A stretch of DNA of 64,000 nt from Yuukianura sp. NJ FZ-2021 (lineage: Eukaryota): NCBI GenBank assembly GCA_046563655.1, contig CM102286.1, positions 9,982,001 through 10,046,000 on the forward strand, given 5' to 3'. Positions 62,960-64,000 of this stretch are shown piece after piece. Within the stretch, counting starts at the first letter, position 1. Every line of letters starts with the position of its first letter. The translations under genes were made by a program, and so were the position numbers. Under the pieces are notes generated by a model, which saw nothing but the letters and a program-made list of their open reading frames with translations, had not been told where the DNA came from and did not search any database.

Positions 62960-63800
62960 TTTCCCAGTTACACCGTAATCAGTGATTGCATGGACAACTG
63001 TTGCCACCCCTTTCCACGTTTTTAGACAGTAAATGCTCAAAAGACTAACGGAAGATCAGGATGCTGGCAAAATACCAAAATTCCAAAGATTTTGTATTTC
63101 ACGAATGGTATGGGTTCCCAGTGAACAAACACGAAAACTTTGTGAATCTTGCTTACCGCAATCAGGACTTTGGAGTGAAAGCTGAGTGGCGCTTTTCTGC
63201 AACAACGCATTGGAAGCTGATGTGCGACACGGTTTCAGCAGTCTGCAAGCGAATAACTAGGCTTGCCAGGCTGAAGGACGGCGTTATTACTTCAAATGCA
63301 CACCGGATGTTTGAATTTCTACCGAAAAACAAAAATGACAATCAGGAATTTCTATATGTAACTAATGAATGATCGTTATGCGTTAGAGCCATTATCTCAG
63401 CCGGAACTGACGGTGAGAAAAGAAAGTGCATTGGAAGGGTAAACGTTATTGACATTCAAGCAAGCACTGTGATTGGCAATATCACTGGCCGCAGACTATT
63501 TGAAAAACAACGAAATATTTAATTAATATTTCACTCTTAGAAAGGCGACGGCGTTCAAGCGTTACGTACACTTCCCGTGGCGGCTTAGAAACATAGCTAT
63601 CGTCGCGAACACGCTCTGTACGTGCATTGCTATATACATTCCATTCAAATTTTGAAACGTGCATTTGACATTCAGAGTCGTTTCCCGAATTCCTTCCGGG
63701 AGATGTGGAGGAAAAAGACGGCATGGACGATCAGGAAAAACCAGATAAAACTGAGAGTGACGGAAGCCGCAGTGAAGAAATTCAGATGACCGCAAGCTAT
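62960..63800 (+). mobile_element. DDD-type transposase pseudogene, Sola2-like
   Basis: YTVISDC, ILYFTNGMGSQ, ENFVNL....DFGVKAEWRFSATTHWK..CD......KR resemble FSDG..SQYKN / DFG..AEW.F.ATSHGKG.CDG; superfamily assignment is from memory. Confidence 0.65.
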
Positions 63801-64000
63801 TAGATCATACTTCTCATCGTTCAAAGAATGATGATGATTCCAAAACCACCATTTATAAGGGTGAGAGCATAATGCAGCGTCCTAGATGCAAATGTTCCTG
63901 TAATGCATCTAATTACATAAGCCATATTAGGAATGTTATCAATTCATGTTATAGGATTTTGCTCTTGAATAAGTATTCTTAGATTTGGCAAACTGCAACT

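Overview
Eukaryotic, AT-rich, transposon-dense animal DNA. It is probably arthropod and plausibly a springtail-like hexapod; this is an inference from short GT-AG introns, scattered TTAGG motifs and a divergent chemoreceptor-like gene. Two intact host genes were assembled by hand: a 7-exon Rabex-5/RABGEF1 (minus strand, 19117-22929) and a 3-exon gustatory-receptor-like gene (31928-33191). A third, 7-exon RING-H2 plus coiled-coil gene (53842-55025) is invisible in the ORF track and carries one homopolymer frameshift. The rest is nested mobile DNA: Gypsy and BEL remnants, two complete non-autonomous LTR elements, Transib, Harbinger, Tc1/mariner and Sola-like pseudogenes, hAT MITEs and three TATG-ended elements with 6-bp TSDs. 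Highlight 1: a 3.6-kb mini Polinton/Maverick (AGT termini, ~185-bp TIRs, 6-bp TSD CACATC) with no replication or capsid genes, carrying a spliced chromodomain-like gene and two tandem paralogous orphan genes; it lies beside decayed penton-like, envelope-like and Rrp6-like ORFs. Highlight 2: a young non-coding LTR element whose interior holds seven covarying, strand-specific RNA hairpins, a candidate packaging-signal array; a second such element has a different hairpin array. All family calls come from manual motif recognition and no database search was run.
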